Assembly (NCBI RefSeq): GCF_006345805.1
Contig: NC_043000.1
Location: 159,030,001-159,094,000, forward strand
Reading direction: 5' to 3'
Origin: Octopus sinensis
Lineage: Eukaryota
DNA length: 64,000 nt
Part shown: positions 1 through 14,202 of the stretch, in pieces
Numbering within the stretch: the first letter of the stretch is position 1
How the letters are laid out: the number at the start of each line of letters is the position of its first letter
The notes under the pieces: generated by a model
What the model saw: only the letters and a program-made list of their open reading frames with translations
Told to the model about the DNA's origin: nothing
Database searches by the model: none
Made by a program: the position numbers and the translations under genes

Positions 1-299
1 ACCAATGTCATGAATTTATCTTCTCCTCTGTTGGGCACTATTGAATTGCTTTGATCATAATTCAGCCGGGGATGACCGCGCGTGGTTACATAACTAGAAC
101 AACATGCATGAACTCAATGGATTGGAAGTACTCTATATTGAACTTTTTTCTACTCCAGATTTATTTCCCTCTAGATTATTGATGATATTCCGGCTCCGTT
201 GAAGAGAAATCCATATTTTTGAGACGATGTAGTTTGGTAGGTGTTTGCAATGCTATATTGGTAGAGTAGGCATTTATCCAGTAGGGCGAAATTCTGCTG

Positions 300-700
300 A
301 GAAAAAATTATCTAATCAGCATGAAGGTGTCGAGCTTAGACAAGAGCTACCATTAGCTGCAAAATTGGATATTCCACGAGGCATTCGATCGGATACCGTA
401 TGTAGACGAGGACAACGAAAACCATATAATATTCTTATCCGCAAGCCGTACGATTTTTGGCGTGAATCATAAATTCCAGGCTGCTCTTAATCACCGATAG
501 TAACCATAAAATTCTACCTGAATTACAATCCAAACGTCATATGAATGATATAACGATAATACGAACTTCAGACACAGAAATATTAAGAAGAGAATGCATT
601 ACAGAATTTTTACGTCGAGTTGAAGAAGGCCTTGGACGCTGTAAACCATGCTAGGCAGCGAAAATTAGTGCAACTACAAAGCTCGTTAAGCTAATGAAAC
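300..700 (+). pseudogene. Highly degenerate LINE reverse-transcriptase remnant (possibly L1/Tx1-like)
   Basis: Manual translation gives NSRLLLITDSNHKIL (about 475-510; resembles the RPISLLNTDYKIL motif) and FYVELKKALDAVNH (about 608-650; resembles DLxKAFDxVxH). Several stops and frameshifts. Confidence 0.3.
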
Positions 701-1949
701 TGCTAGATAATGGGGCAAGTATTTTCATTCTGCAAAAGCAGGTAGGCCTGTATCGTTTCGAAGCAACCAACTGATTTTAAAAGTGATATGCCTTAGAAAC
801 AGATTTTCTGTCTGTTATCTCTGTCACATACTTGAAGATACCATCAGGAGTTCCTAGATAAATCTCAGTGTGGTAAACTGTCCGATATCAGGAGTTCGAA
901 AATCCTGCAGAAACCAGTTCAGTAAGCAATTTGCTCTATACCACTGTTTTCCTTTCAGACAAGTACTTTCAAGTATGCACACACCGATATGCACACACGC
1001 ACTGAAATAGACATATCCTGATAAAAGCGGGCTCCACCGTTAAGAGAGGTAACGCAAACCAAACAGCAAGAGCTGATCTTAAAGGAGTTTTGCTTTATTA
1101 CAGATGATAAAGTGTTAGTGAGATAAAGTAAAAAATAGTGACGATATTCCAGTGCTAGAGAACACTAGGAAACCAATATGTTTTGTATGGCATGGTATTA
1201 TTTGAAAGTCACCTGATTCGGAGATGGCTTTCAAATGATGGCACGCAACCACGTAAATAACAAAACAATTTGATGACAACGGAGAATAATGAAGGAAGAC
1301 AAATCCCAACGTTACTTAAAAATAAACGCAATGCTGGCAAGTAAACATTGAACAGAATATTTTTTTAAAAAGTATCAAAATAGACCACACTTGCATCCAG
1401 GAATTTTCAACGTAACCGAAAAAACTACATGGTACTTGCGAAATTTTACTTTTGTTTGTAATGTCTATTGCTTTGTAACTGCCAAGAAGCAGAATGTAAA
1501 TGAAATTACCAAGATCAACCTATAGAGCCATTCATCAGAATCGGAAGGCATTGTTGACAGGTGAGCATAGGAATAATAAGTTGAACCGCTGCACCTAATG
1601 CAAAATTGTCATCCAAAGTGATGAATCAATTTCCGAAGGCCTTCTGGGGTTAGATCTGTAATATGATAAGCCCCGAATGGAAAATTCTTCCTGTCAGAAA
1701 ATTTACAAAATTTCACAGGTAAAAACCATTCATATGGATTCGGATACGTATTTCCAAAACACATTCTTATTTGAAACAAAATGATTTATGCCGCAACTGA
1801 TGGCACTGTCCCAATCGTAGGTAGATATTAGCGGTTGATTTCTGTAAATACACTAAGTATATTGATAGACACTACCTGCTCCATGAGATGGAAGCTAACA
1901 ATTCTTTATTTCCCGTACCTCGTATTTTCTTATATCACAGGCTGGGGAT

Positions 1950-2650
1950 GAAGTTTTGCGGTTCTTGTGTGTCTGCGTTTTCTTTCCGTCGGAGGCGAGT
2001 GGGGATGTTTGGCGTCTGTAGGGAAAGGATGGGGCAAAGTGAGTGTAGCTTGGTGTGGGGTGTTATCGTGGGATAGGGGTCTACATTCACTTTTTCCTCC
2101 TTTTTTATTTTATCTTTCCGACTATTTCTCACTCATCATTGTTTGCGTCTACTTCCATAGTACTTGAGTTTTCTTTTGTTGGTGCTGGTGATGCTACTTC
2201 CTCCCTGCTCACGGGTTTATCTTGGGGCTTCTTGGGCGGCGGAGGACAGTCGCTCTAATGTTGCCTTTTAGGCCACACTTGTAGAAACGCGGGATCCTGC
2301 CCTCCACTTTAAACCTAATTATCACGTCTTGTATAGCGATAGATTCCACTATATTTTCTATGTGTTCCGGGGACACTTGGATAATCATATCCCGGGTCTG
2401 TCCTTGCCAATTCTTATGGGCTGTTCTTGTGGCCTGGAGGACCACGATCTTATCCTCATTACCTAGCATTATAGCAGTTACTAGCCATGCTACGTCAATC
2501 TCTGGTGGTATATCTTCTACTCTAACCCTAGAAGCACGCACGCCTCCCAAGGTATATGGGTAGATGTACCACTTCTGTTTTTAAAGGGGTTACCGAGTGT
2601 ACCATGGCAGCAGCTACCTCTAGGAAACGCATTTCCACTGTTCCGTACTT
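1950..2650 (-). pseudogene. gag-like ORF1 remnant of a non-LTR retrotransposon with decayed CCHC zinc knuckle
   Basis: ORF 2209-2550 contains VEGRIPRFYKCGLKGNIRATV, a degenerate CX2CX4HX4C knuckle; coding-like sequence continues upstream to about 2650 across a frameshift. Confidence 0.5.
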
Positions 2651-3460
2651 CTTTCCTTTGCTGCTAAAATTACGTTAATATCCGAACTAGGGATATTCGC
2701 AAATTTCCGAGTGAAAATCAAAGCCTTATTTAGCAATATAAGGGATAGAAAATTTTAATAAATCGAGATATCAAATTGGATAAAGTCTAAATTAGGCTTA
2801 TCAGAAGGGGAGTCAAACCATAAGATAACGTCCCCCAGGGGAAGCTGAACCTTATCCTTCACGATGGAAATAATCTGATCTATAATATATATACTAATTC
2901 TGCCCAAATCAGACTTGGTCAGGCAGATTAATCTAATCGAAGGATTTGATTAAAAAAACAGACTTATGGTCCTTCAAAAGACAATGGGGAGTTTTGGGAG
3001 CATAAGTCTGGGTTCTATCAAGTAGGCACAAACAAGAGATGATATCTAGATGAGTGCCATTAATCTCATCCAAAGCATTTTTGCTTGCATATTTATATCC
3101 AGAATTAAGCTCTTTCGGGATCAAGTCATTATAAAGACTCGGCGGTAGGGAATAAATAATCCCAGTCTTATCCGAGAGGATGTGCAAATCTGGAGATGAT
3201 TTCACTGTAGAGAGTTTCTCAGACAGGAGTTTCTGGAAAGGATTTGTGTATCTGGAAAACTTCAACCGTTTAATCATATTCGTATGATCATTTTCCAAAT
3301 TTGCAAGAGCTGAGTTAGGCGGTAGATTTCTGTAAGTTTTAAGGTTGTAGTTGTTATTCCCATCTTGAGAGTCAACCTACCATGGTTTATATGAAATGAA
3401 CTTTTTGTCATATATTTTTTGTTTGAGGGGAGTAAGAAAAATCTTTTTAGCCATCTGATA
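2650..3460 (-). mobile_element. Penelope-like element, RT N-terminal fragment (DKT..LKDHK..RLI.P.KS.IGRIS type)
   Basis: ORF 2933-3298 (SDKTGIIY...LLKDHKSVF) continues by frameshift as IRLICLTKSDLGRIS..IDQI, WFDSPSDKPNLDFIQFDIS and LLNKALIFTRKFANI..DINVILAAK, collinear with PLE RT motifs. Clade uncertain. Confidence 0.8.
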
Positions 3461-3810
3461 TTTTATTTTATTCAGATTTTTAGTGGCTTGATATGCTTTA
3501 AAATTTTAGTCGATTGTATATACCTTCTTGATAGATAGTTCTATATATCTATTTTATTTGCCTTTATATTTTTTTACCTTCTGTGTTTTTATACATGTAT
3601 TCATTATATGTTGAAAGGCCATTGTAATATTTATATACGATCAAATGATTGGAGGCGCAGTGTTATGTAGAAAGTCGTTGACTCGAATTTGATATTTGTT
3701 CTGATCAATGTATTTTTTCATCTCTGTCTCAATTGCATTTGAGCACTTTTTTGTAGTCTTTTAAAGCCTTTTATCCCCATAAAAAGAGGCAAAAATTATC
3801 TCTTGTAGTA

Positions 3811-3811
3811 T

Positions 3812-3886
<75 letters not shown>

Positions 3887-3915
3887 GAGAGAGAGAGAGA
3901 GAAAGAGAGAGCGAT
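3811..3915. repeat. Compound microsatellite (CA)n-(TA)n-(GA)n
   Basis: Directly visible. Confidence 0.95.
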
Positions 3916-5339
3916 AGATACACACACATACGGATATATCTGTATAGATTAAGTTCAGCATTCAGCAGTCTGTATGGATTTGTGTACATTTGTATAAAAA
4001 CAAGTAAATGCTCAAACAATAGAAACAGTACTAAAATATCTCTTGTATCGATTAAATTATATATTCTAAGATCCTAAATGGAGTTGAAAACTGGTAGTAA
4101 TAAACAGAAACAAATTTAATCGAACAGGCAATTCCTTAGAAAATATTTTTCTTTCTTTTCTGTGTTTTTACAATCTGATAAACTAAAATGACTTAACAAC
4201 ACGTGACCAACTCGTAGAAGAATTAAAATAAAACGACGTTGCGGTTAAAATATAACGCATTAATCACACGTTTCTAAAATCTGAATTTAAGAAGTGATAC
4301 TTAACATTATATAAATCAGATTTCAGGAATAGATCTGATCGTAGAAATACGTGAAATGATTGCGACGAAACTTGTCATTAATATCAGTCATGTGTTTTTA
4401 TTCGTAGATGTGATTCGATAGATAAACAAGAATATTGATGATGTGCAATCAATTTATATGCTTTGAAAATATTTCCCACCTCACAATCATGCGCTGCATA
4501 TAGTTAGAAACTTCATAGTTTCGCTACAAATGCAAGGTCTTCTCATCATTTAAGACCTCTGTCTTTGAATGCCCAAGGATTTGCTCCCACCAACGTCTGC
4601 ATTTTCTAAAGCTACGATAACAAAATGCCTTGTTAGAACAAACTGATTTGATACCACCTTAACTCCTGATCTTATCTCACTTTTCTCTTCTCTTCTATTC
4701 AAACGTAGCTTAGTATCCACCTCACGCCATGCTAAAACCACTGAGCTCAATCCTCGCAACTTCGTCAACTGAAATCACCAAATTTCAACTTTCCAAGTAG
4801 AATGTTAACGGTATCGATTTCCACCGTATTGGAAGGCTTACGGATACATAGTTACTGCCATTTTTCCTTTACACAGCTAATGAAAATTATAATAATTTTA
4901 ATTGAAAGCCACGCAAAAAGTAAAAATTAAAAATTTGAATGAATTAACATTTGTCTTGTTTATCACTTTATTGTTGTAAATAGAAAAGAGGAAACAGGAA
5001 TCAAACAATAAAGTTCACATTGCGATATATCAGTTTGTAAAAATGAAGAGAAATGAAATTGAAACACTATTAAATGAACATCATATAAGAGCACCTATAT
5101 CTTATATTAAAAAAGTAAAATCGAAATGCGATTGTTAGAAATGAAGAGGAATAATATGTCACTCTACAAATACTTAGTCAAGATATCGAAATTCTCAAAA
5201 CAGAATCACATTTGAAGATGTATTGAATCAAAAAGTTCAAGTATCACTTTGTTTTGAATTTGGCTTTATTGAAATAATTAGCTAAATTTCCTAGACTTAC
5301 TCTGATAAATACATATAATTTTTTGTTTTTTTTTGTTTT

Positions 5340-5890
5340 GGTAAATTACTATATTATTTTTGTGATATGGTTCGAGTCATCGTCATACCTATAATCCCAC
5401 GACTGGTCAACATAAATGTTAGCATATGGAAGCATAGTCTCCTGCAACATCTCCACAAAGACTATGGTGGCTCTGATGCATTTTATCTTCTAAATGAAAC
5501 CCACTCATTTCCAGACATGTTTCTCCAAACTATGACATTACAAACATAATTTTTAAGTCAAATTCGTGCACTCTTGGAGAAATTTTTATTCTGCGACATC
5601 AAAAGCTTACCATCTGCTAAATCTGAAGTAATTAAATTTTCGATCCTCTGACTCCATAAAATGTTTCGCCAGCATAATTCTTATCTTCCTGAGTTAACTG
5701 TTTGCCAGAATAGTTTTTCAGTGGAATTTATTATTATTTTTGTTATACGCAATATCTCTGGCACATCCAAATGGATTTAACCGATGTATTTTTTATGACA
5801 ATGACACCACACTTTAAGTGATATTTCTATCGAACGCTCTCCAAATTGACACAATGCAATAATTTTTCTGTCTTTATTGTCAAATAGCAA
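5340..5890 (-). mobile_element. Tc1-family transposase remnant
   Basis: Minus-strand fragments DRKIIAL (HTH region), WRNILWS / RKFNYF (first catalytic D region), VIVWRNMSGN, EMLQETMLPYANIYVDQSWDYRYDDDSNHITK (resembles MLPYA....W.FQQDNDPKH). TIRs not found. Confidence 0.75.
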
Positions 5891-6734
5891 ATATATCTAT
5901 CAATACTTTCAGCAACGTTTTGTGGTTGCACTGATCAAGGATGATCGGAATATCTAGGAGTTTTGTTTAAAATGTCTCCTAAGCTTAATCCAGCATCAGT
6001 TATTGACACTCTACAGGGGTTATGGGGGAAAGTGCTTAATAATGTACTCTTTTTAAGTTTAGCATGCTGCTTCTGCACAAACCTACGCACAGGACTGAAC
6101 CAATATACGATCCAACCGTATTATTGACATAGAACCATTCAATAGTTTCGCTGTAGTCAAAAAGAATCTTGTACATTGATATCTCACTATTTTTCTACGA
6201 AAACTAAAAGGGCAATCACAACTAGGAACCGGCTAACTTCGTAGCATCTTCACTAAAGCATCCCAGTCGAGTTTATTTCTCTCTCAATACCCACTCCTAT
6301 GCTAATTCCTTCCTATGTAAAAATGTCAGTCCTCTAGAGTTCTCATCCCGTTCATATTTTTCTACAGGTGTTGTGTTACATTGATGGCATTGGCCATACC
6401 GGTATTATAGAGTCTGGGAGGGCCATAGATACTGACACTTCATCAAGGCATTCAAGGAAAGGTAGATCATGCGAACAGCAATTATTGGTCATTGTAATTC
6501 AGCAATTATTGCGCTAGAAGTTATTAATAATAATACCTCATTATTTTATGAATATAAACAGAATTTTAGCCGAAAGAAATGAAGAAGAGTTTTCTATATT
6601 ACTTCAAATCACTTACGAATTTTTCGGAGAGAGGCTATTTTCCATATCAAAGAACTAGACTGAATACTAGACTGCTTTTGTTATAACTTGAAGAATGAAG
6701 CGGAGAAGTTGACAAACTTTTGACTCATCACTGT

Positions 6735-6760
6735 ATATACATATGCACACACACATTTAT

Positions 6761-6839
<79 letters not shown>

Positions 6840-6987
6840 TATATATGGCGTTAAACTAGTACATCTCTTTGTTGTCTACGCCACCTGTCTTCGTCTTTCG
6901 TTTTTTCTTTTGTGAATTTTCCCCCTATACATATATATATATATATATATACATACACACACGCGCGCACGCACACACACACATACT

Positions 6988-7043
<56 letters not shown>

Positions 7044-7090
7044 TATATACACACATGCGCACACATGCCCTCACACACACATATATGTAT
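6735..7090. repeat. (TA)n/(CA)n tracts enclosing an about 80-bp dispersed repeat (6851-6930)
   Basis: gcgttaaactagtacatctctttgttgtctacgccacctgtcttcgtc closely matches 35149-35220. Confidence 0.85.
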
Positions 7091-7616
7091 GTATTGTGGA
7101 AACTCGACACGATCTCCTCTGGCAGTCAAGTTCGATATTGATCGAATTTAGAACATATTGATACTAATGTCATGAACCATACATCAAGTATCATTTTGCG
7201 AACTGTCATTGTTGATTAATTATGATACTTGTAAAATGACAGCCAAACAAAATTAAATGTGCTGCTTGGTAAAATGGCTGAGACATGCTAAGAAAAGGTT
7301 GAAACCACGTGCGTAGCTTTGTGCCTGTTCGATCATGTTTCTGAATCTCTGTGCATGCGCTCGAGTGTGTACCTATGTATTGCATGTATGTGTTACTGCG
7401 TGTATGAGTATCTGAATGTGTGTGTGAGTGTATTTGTGTTCGGCCTCAAAACAGACGTTATCCTACAGAGTACCTAAAATCATTCGGTTTTTTTAGGAAT
7501 CTATTCGGAACATAACTTACAAAGATACATCAATTTTTTTTTTCATTTGTGATACCACTATCCACGTGTATACCAATCCATACCTGTGTGAGAGTGTGTG
7601 TGAGAGTGTGTGTGCC

Positions 7617-7659
<43 letters not shown>

Positions 7660-8287
7660 GAGCGGGTGGATAAACGAAAGGTTACCGTACTCATCACAGT
7701 ACGAATTACATGAATTTTTTTAAAACCTTTGATTCAGTTCCGTGCTGTTTGAAATTTCGCAGACCCCTTAACTGAAGTCTGACTTCTTCAGGCTTCCGGA
7801 ATGCTGAAGGGAGAGATTCGGGAATTTGAGATGGCTACGGGAAGATGGGCTGCTATTGGACAAGGAGGGTCACATGGTATTTTAGGGAATAGTGTCAATT
7901 TCGTAGCGACACCAATGAAATCAGAAAGACGGATTTCTTTGACTAGGAAAATGGTGGTTTCAGTGTGTTTGGATATGGCAGGGGTTGGCTGATGAGTGCA
8001 TGTGTTCGTGTGCGTGTGTGCGCGTGTGCGTATATGTGCGTGTGCATGTGAGTGTGTTTATTACGTATACTCGCGTAGATATGCATGTACGAGGTCTGTG
8101 AATAGGAGTATGTGGGTATGTTATTGGTTGTATGGGTGCACGAGTGTATATGCATAAGTTTGTCGTTTACTTGTGTATTGGTTGCTTGAGTGATTCATGC
8201 TGGTATGATGGTTGCTGTTATGTCGCTATATTATTGGCTGTGTTTATGAGTGTGTGTGTGTATGTGTATGTGTGTTTGTGTGTGTTT

Positions 8288-8338
<51 letters not shown>

Positions 8339-8457
8339 CTGGATCCGGCCTCGTTCGCGTGTATGTGATTTTGGTCGTTTTATGTTTGCAGGTTTGCTAG
8401 CATGGCTGATGAGAAGAATAATCTGGTTCAACCTAGAAGATTTCACAAACATAGTTA

Positions 8458-8655
8458 AAGCGGTGAGATGGCAGAATTGTTAGCACACCGGGCGGGCTTA
8501 GCGGCATTTCGTCTGTCTTTATGTTCTAACTTCAATTCTGCCGAATTCGACATTTTGCGGTCGATAAATTAAGCACTAGTTGCATGCTTGGGTCGATGTA
8601 ATCGACCCACTCCCACCCACCTACGAACTTGCTGCCACTGTGCCAAAATTTCAAT
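8458..8655 (+). mobile_element. SINE family C copy (head GCGGTGAGATGGCAGAA.., core GGTCGATAAATTAAGTACC-like)
   Basis: Aligns by eye to copies at 45166-45560 and 45965-46860. Confidence 0.75.
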
Positions 8656-9059
8656 CAAGATTAATTCGTGTTTTCAGAAACTGAAAATGTTGATTACTAG
8701 AGTTTACATACGTATACGTAACTAGAATAGAATTTGTCTTTCAATCCAATTTTTCTAGATATAGCTGTGAGTTGGATGTTGCTGAAGCCATACAAATACT
8801 AACCTAATTTTCCAAAGTTTTATATGTTTCAAAAACGTATATACGTTGCAATACGTTTTACTATAAGCTTTGTGAGTTATATCTCTCTCACTCTTTTCGA
8901 GTCCTCAGTTTACAAAAGATCACTCATAAACAAGCACTTACACTCACATATGTGCACTCTCTCTCTCTCTCACTCACACGCACACGCGCACACAACATAC
9001 ATGTCAGTATGTATCGAAGTGCATGAACATGTATGTTGCTCTGCCATACATTCGTTTTC

Positions 9060-11750
9060 CTCAAATTAAGAGGAAAAGAATGAATTCATTCGCTCATATA
9101 CCTTAATACAACCACAATTGAAATTATTTGAGAAAATATTTAAAGTGGAGGTGAAGGTACAAAAGGGTGAAAAAGAAAAAGAAGCATGTGACCCCATAGA
9201 AGGATAAGGTTGAAAGAGAGGAAAAAACAAAGGAGACCCCAACACCCCGGACAAAGTTCGCCAAGAGAAACCAAAGGTGAAGTTGTGCGTGGAGGAAAAA
9301 ACAGCAGCAAAGTAAAGCAGGAAAAACAAAGGTAGCAGTGGACCGGCGGGCTGAGAATGGATAGGGGTCCAAGGTGGGTTCACAAGGAAAACGAAATAGA
9401 ACCTGCAATGGTAATGGCTCTGGTAAAAAGAAGAGCAAACCAGCTTGCAAGTTCTATGTAACAGGTAGCTGCTGGCATAGTGACACTGGGACAGGCTACA
9501 GATTTCCTCATCCCAAATCTCATATGACCAGTGCTCGTTCCACTCACCTGAAGAGCATGAAGAACAGCCTCCAACAACACAGCATCAGGTCACAAGATAC
9601 AATGCCACCACCATGGAAGGGTGTAGATGGTACACACACTGCTCCTAGGAGGAAACAAACTGTCGATGCAGTGCAGATAGCAGCTGCTGAACTACAGATA
9701 TTCCCTTTTTGAGGTTGGATAGATGATTGAAAGGCAGCTACCTTGGCTTCCAGTATGAAGAACACTTACCAATACCCACGACCACCTCAAGCAACAAACG
9801 ACTCGGGGTAGCCACCTCTAATATGCACGTCAGAGCAGTGGCCACTACGACACCCTACATGTCACACCAGTATTCTTGCTGAACATCAGAGGCCTCGTAA
9901 CGTTCCAATAACGCAACGCACAGTACCTGAGAGATGTGTGGCATGTAATCAAGCAATATGTGTCACTAACAGAAACACATCTCAATGTTGAAGTATCAGA
10001 TGCTGCGATACACATATGTTGTGCTTCGAACTGACAAGAGTGTAAGAACTCATGGTAGAATAGCAATGTATGTCCGGGAATATGTCACGCCGGTGGTCCA
10101 GCTGTCACATTCAGACTCAGTCTGTGGCACTCTGATGGTACACATTAAACAGATGAAACTAGTAATCTGTACCATGTATCGTCCACCAGATGCTCCAAGT
10201 CATGAGGATTCATTTAAAGAGAGCCTCCAAGAAATGAAAGATGTATTAACCGACATGGATGACAACATGCACATATGTCTTTTAGGGGAATTCAACATAT
10301 CCTGTTTCAACTGACCTTCTCTCAGGTATGTCACTACAAGGCCTGAGGCATGCAGAATCTCCGCTTGACCTCACTAACACACTTTTTATGGAGCAAATAG
10401 TACTCCACCAAAGAATAGGAAAAAAATGTCCTGGACTCTATCTCACAAACAACACGGCGGCCATCCATAATGTTGGGGTGACACCGATGATTTTCTCGGA
10501 GCATAATTAAATAGAACTTACAATGTATGGTCCGCAGAAGACTATGGACATGCTGGCTACTAGAAGCAACCAACTCTTCTCCTGCCTGAATTTTCACAAA
10601 GCTGATTGGAAAGGTATCGATCAAGAGGTGATAGAACATAACTTGAATATAATGACTTGCTTCCTGATACCCAGCATGGCTTTCGCTCAGGCAGAAGCTA
10701 CCTTACACAGCTTTTAGAACGGGTATTGGAACAATTAATGAATCGCTCAAATGTAGATGTGATACATCTCGACCTTGCAACGGCCTTTCATAAGGTTGAT
10801 CATTGGATGATATATTACGAACTACGGAGACTCGGCATAACTGGGAAAATCGGAGAGAGGTTGCATGGCTTCTTAAAAGACAAATGCCAGGCTGTAGCAG
10901 CCAACGGGGCCCTCTCCATGGAGACATTAATAGAAGGTGAAGTGCCTCAGGGAACTGTATTGGGCCCACTGCTGTTCATGGTGGCTCTTTCAAACATGCC
11001 ATCAGTAATACAGATAGCCACACTTACTGGATATGCTGTTGACACAAAAGTAGTACAAGCAGTCAAGGAACATTCTGATGTCAAACTTCAACAGAAAGAC
11101 ATAGATGCCATATATAAATGGGCTGAGGGCAACAACATGCAATTTAATGCAGGCAAATCCCAAGTTAATTAGTGCTCAGAAGTCACAACAATGATACTTT
11201 GGACTAAAAAGAGCGGCAATCCTAGAATCACATTCGGTGCATGATCATCTGATTGATATGAGCAATGATGACTCATTTCACATGCATGTGACCGAGATAA
11301 TGGCATTGTGCAGGCGAATGGCCGGATGGATTCTGAGAACGTTCAAAACCAGGAACGAGGACACTATGCTGGTCTTATGGAGGACATTTGTCTTCAGCCG
11401 TCTGGACTACTGCTCTCAACTGTGGATACCTTACCCTGTAGGATTAACAGCTGAACTTGAGGCAGATTCAGCGATACTACACAAGGAAGATTGCATCAAT
11501 AGAACAGCAGCTGAGCGACTGGGAAAGACTGAAAGAGTTATGGCTCTGCTCCCTGGAGTGAAGACGAGAGCGATATGCAGAGATATAAGTGTGGAAGATA
11601 CTGGAGGGGCTGACACCAAACTTTGAAATTTAGAGTTATACCAGCTGTCGAAATGAACGTCACTACGCTGTTCGAAAAGTCCAAGCTGTCTCGTCAAAGG
11701 CGAGGTTCATGTTCTGCAATACCTTGGGATTCAAGGGCCAAAAACTATTT
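9060..11750 (+). mobile_element. CR1-type LINE copy 1, decayed and internally deleted (ORF1 with CCCH finger, APE endonuclease, RT)
   Basis: ORF1 CKFYVTGSCWHSDTGTGYRFPH (9446-9511); EN THGRIAMYVR, TMYRPPDAP, LLGEFN; RT LPDTQHGFRSGRS, GEVPQGTVLGPLLF, GYAVDTKV, LDYCSQLW. Collinear with copies 2 and 3; large deletion near 10650. Confidence 0.9.
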
Positions 11751-11810
11751 TACTCTTTTACTTGATTCAGTCATTTGACAGTGGCCATGCTGGAGCACAA
11801 CCTTTAGAGT
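11750..11810 (-). mobile_element. SINE family A 3' tail fragment
   Basis: Reverse complement of GTGCTCCAGCATGGCCACTGTCAAATGACTGAATCAAGTAAAAGAGT, the family A tail. Confidence 0.8.
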
Positions 11811-11934
11811 GGGAGTAGACCTCTTGCTATCAAAGATGATCAAAAGGCAGGATAATCGAAAGTGGGCATTGGTATCGAACTCCCTCCTTCACCCAAAACC
11901 AATCCCATAGAATTGGCTAATTAAAAGGTGATTA

Positions 11935-11997
11935 CACTGGCAGTGCCCCAGCACGGCCGTAGCTGCAAGGCTGAAACATAAAAGAATAAAAGAATGC
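11935..11997 (+). mobile_element. Isolated LINE/SINE-type 3' tail (GGCAGTGCCCCAGCACGGCC...GCTGAAAC + AAAAGAAT repeats)
   Basis: Same tail motif as LINE copies 2 and 3 and SINE A. Confidence 0.65.
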
Positions 11998-12242
11998 ATG
12001 CACACACACACACACACATATATATATATTATATATATGTATATATATGCGTATGTGTGCGTGTTTATGTGCGTGCATAGACAGTTATATACGTAGTTAT
12101 ATATATATACTTTTGTTACTACATACATACATATGTGCGTGTCTATATATACGCATGAATGCATGCATACCTATATAAATATATTCAGGCACATACATGT
12201 CCTAACAAATGTCTTTGTATAAGAGACAATACACGTGATTGT

Positions 12243-12292
<50 letters not shown>

Positions 12293-13239
12293 TTGTATCT
12301 GCGCTCTAAGTTAAAATGAATAAAGTCCCTATGGATGAGTACTGTGCACATGTATGCGCAAATGCTTGTGTGGTAGCATATTTCAATCATTCTCTAAGAT
12401 ATCATAAACATTTTTTTTTTGTTGCAATTTTTGGTTGTTGATTATGTGATTATTCACCGGACTGGCAAATTGAAAAAGTTAAATGGTTTCGAAAATCAAT
12501 TACCACAGCTAATTAGTCCCGCTGCTTCGATTAAAAATAAATTATTCATCACTTTCCCATTATTTAGCACAAACACCATTGTATTTCACATCTTTATATA
12601 GCGAAGGTCCTGACAATATTTAAAGCAGTTTGCATAAAGCATATACAATCATATGTGGCCTGATATCTTATGATAGACCGTTTAATGATATTGGATAACT
12701 ACATAATTTTATGCTTTTAAATATCTCGAATCTATAATGTTTAAAACTAATTTTCTTTATGGTCATCTATTGAGAGTTATAAGCATTGTATGTGTAATTT
12801 TTGCTGTTATTTTTTTAATTAATTCATTGAATTTCGGATTGTTTTCATTCTTTCGAACTTTATAATATGCTCCATTGTCTGCCTGAGCCAATCTAAAAAA
12901 GGATGTTAATATTGCGCATTGTAACACAAGGGGGACTACGGTTTATAAAATAAATGTCATATGTATAAACATCCAGTACTTCATACTGATGTATAGTTCA
13001 GAATATTATAATGCTATAGAGGATACTATCATACACAGAAATACACACACACTTCGAAATATGCAAGAATGTTTGGATATATATATATATTTGTGTGTGT
13101 GTGAGTGTTTGTATGAATATATATGCATATATTCCTACACATCCCTCCCTCCCCACACACACATATCATGTATACTAAAATAGCTCTCTCGGCCACTCTC
13201 ACTAGCTACGTGATGATTCAAAATTATCGAAGGCAAAAA

Positions 13240-13960
13240 AAAAATCCAGGTGACGTCGCAAGCCTACAGCGGGAGCCGAATTCGACAGACAAGTTATATG
13301 AATTAAAGAAAATGCAATTTAATGCTGGAAAATTTCAACTCCCAAATGAATCGTAGCCCACTTATACAGGACCCGAAGGCGCTGTAATCCCAGACTCACT
13401 GACAGTAAAAGACTTGAGGATCAGCATGTACTACGATGTGTCATTTCATATGCACATTAACAAGATGGCAGCTGGTAGGATGGATACTAAAGTCCTTCAA
13501 AGCAAGTGACCAAGCAGTTATGTTGATCCTGTGGAGGATGTTGTTCTCAGCTGTCTGGACTACGGCTCTCACCTATGGTCACTGAAAAGTGCCAAAAATA
13601 ACTGCTTGTGCGGTCCAACATCACTACACTAAAAAAGCTTGTAACAATGCGATAGATAAACTACGGGGAGCGGCTGAAAAATTTACAACATTACTGCCTG
13701 TAGCTAAGATGCGGCAGAAATTCTGGAAGGGCTAGTACCTAATTTCGGCATTGAGTATTATACAAATATCAGTACTGGACGCCTTTGTATTGTGCCAAAG
13801 GTAACGTTCACTCTAAATTCAGGACCAGGTATTGCAATAACATGGCATTTAAAAGCCCACAGATCTACAAAACGAAAATGAAGAAACCTACACAATAAGG
13901 ACGAGGATGTCTTCAAAAAGGAACTCGACAGTCTCCTCTCAACAATACAAAATGACATGG
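13240..13960 (+). mobile_element. Decayed 3' fragment of the CR1-type LINE
   Basis: MQFNAGKFQ, YTGPEGAVIP..LTVKDL, LDYGSHLWS, ELDSLLS; matches the RT C-terminus of copies 2 and 3. Confidence 0.75.
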
Positions 13961-13997
13961 CAGCACAGCTGTGTGTGTGTGTGAGAGAGAGAGATAG

Positions 13998-14063
<66 letters not shown>

Positions 14064-14074
14064 GTAAATTCAAG

Positions 14075-14202
14075 CAACTCGACCCCGAGACTTATTCTTT
14101 TTGTAAGCCCAGTACTTATTCTATCGGTCTCTTTTTGCCGAACCGCTAAGTGACGGGCACGTAAACACATCAGCATCGGTTGTCAAGCAATGCTAGGGGA
14201 AC
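14075..14202 (-). mobile_element. SINE family A, 3' half
   Basis: Matches 30015-30140 and 54465-54590 (gacttattcttt..gtaagcccagtacttattctatcggtc..gccgaaccgctaag). Confidence 0.9.

Noticed and set aside
4550-4768. 72-aa minus-strand ORF with protein-like composition after a tttcag acceptor-like site
   Set aside because: No recognisable motif, no donor site, other frames closed.
6000-6420. Possible RTE RT C-terminal remnant on the minus strand
   Set aside because: Only a vague LDYSET similarity; too degenerate to support.
3761-7151. Many 60-110 aa ORFs rich in YIYI, VCVC, HTHT (here and throughout the window)
   Set aside because: Translations of (TA)n, (TG)n and (CA)n microsatellites; no coding evidence.
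7657-8100. tacgag.. starts resembling mariner TIRs
   Set aside because: No matching inverted partner or transposase motif found.
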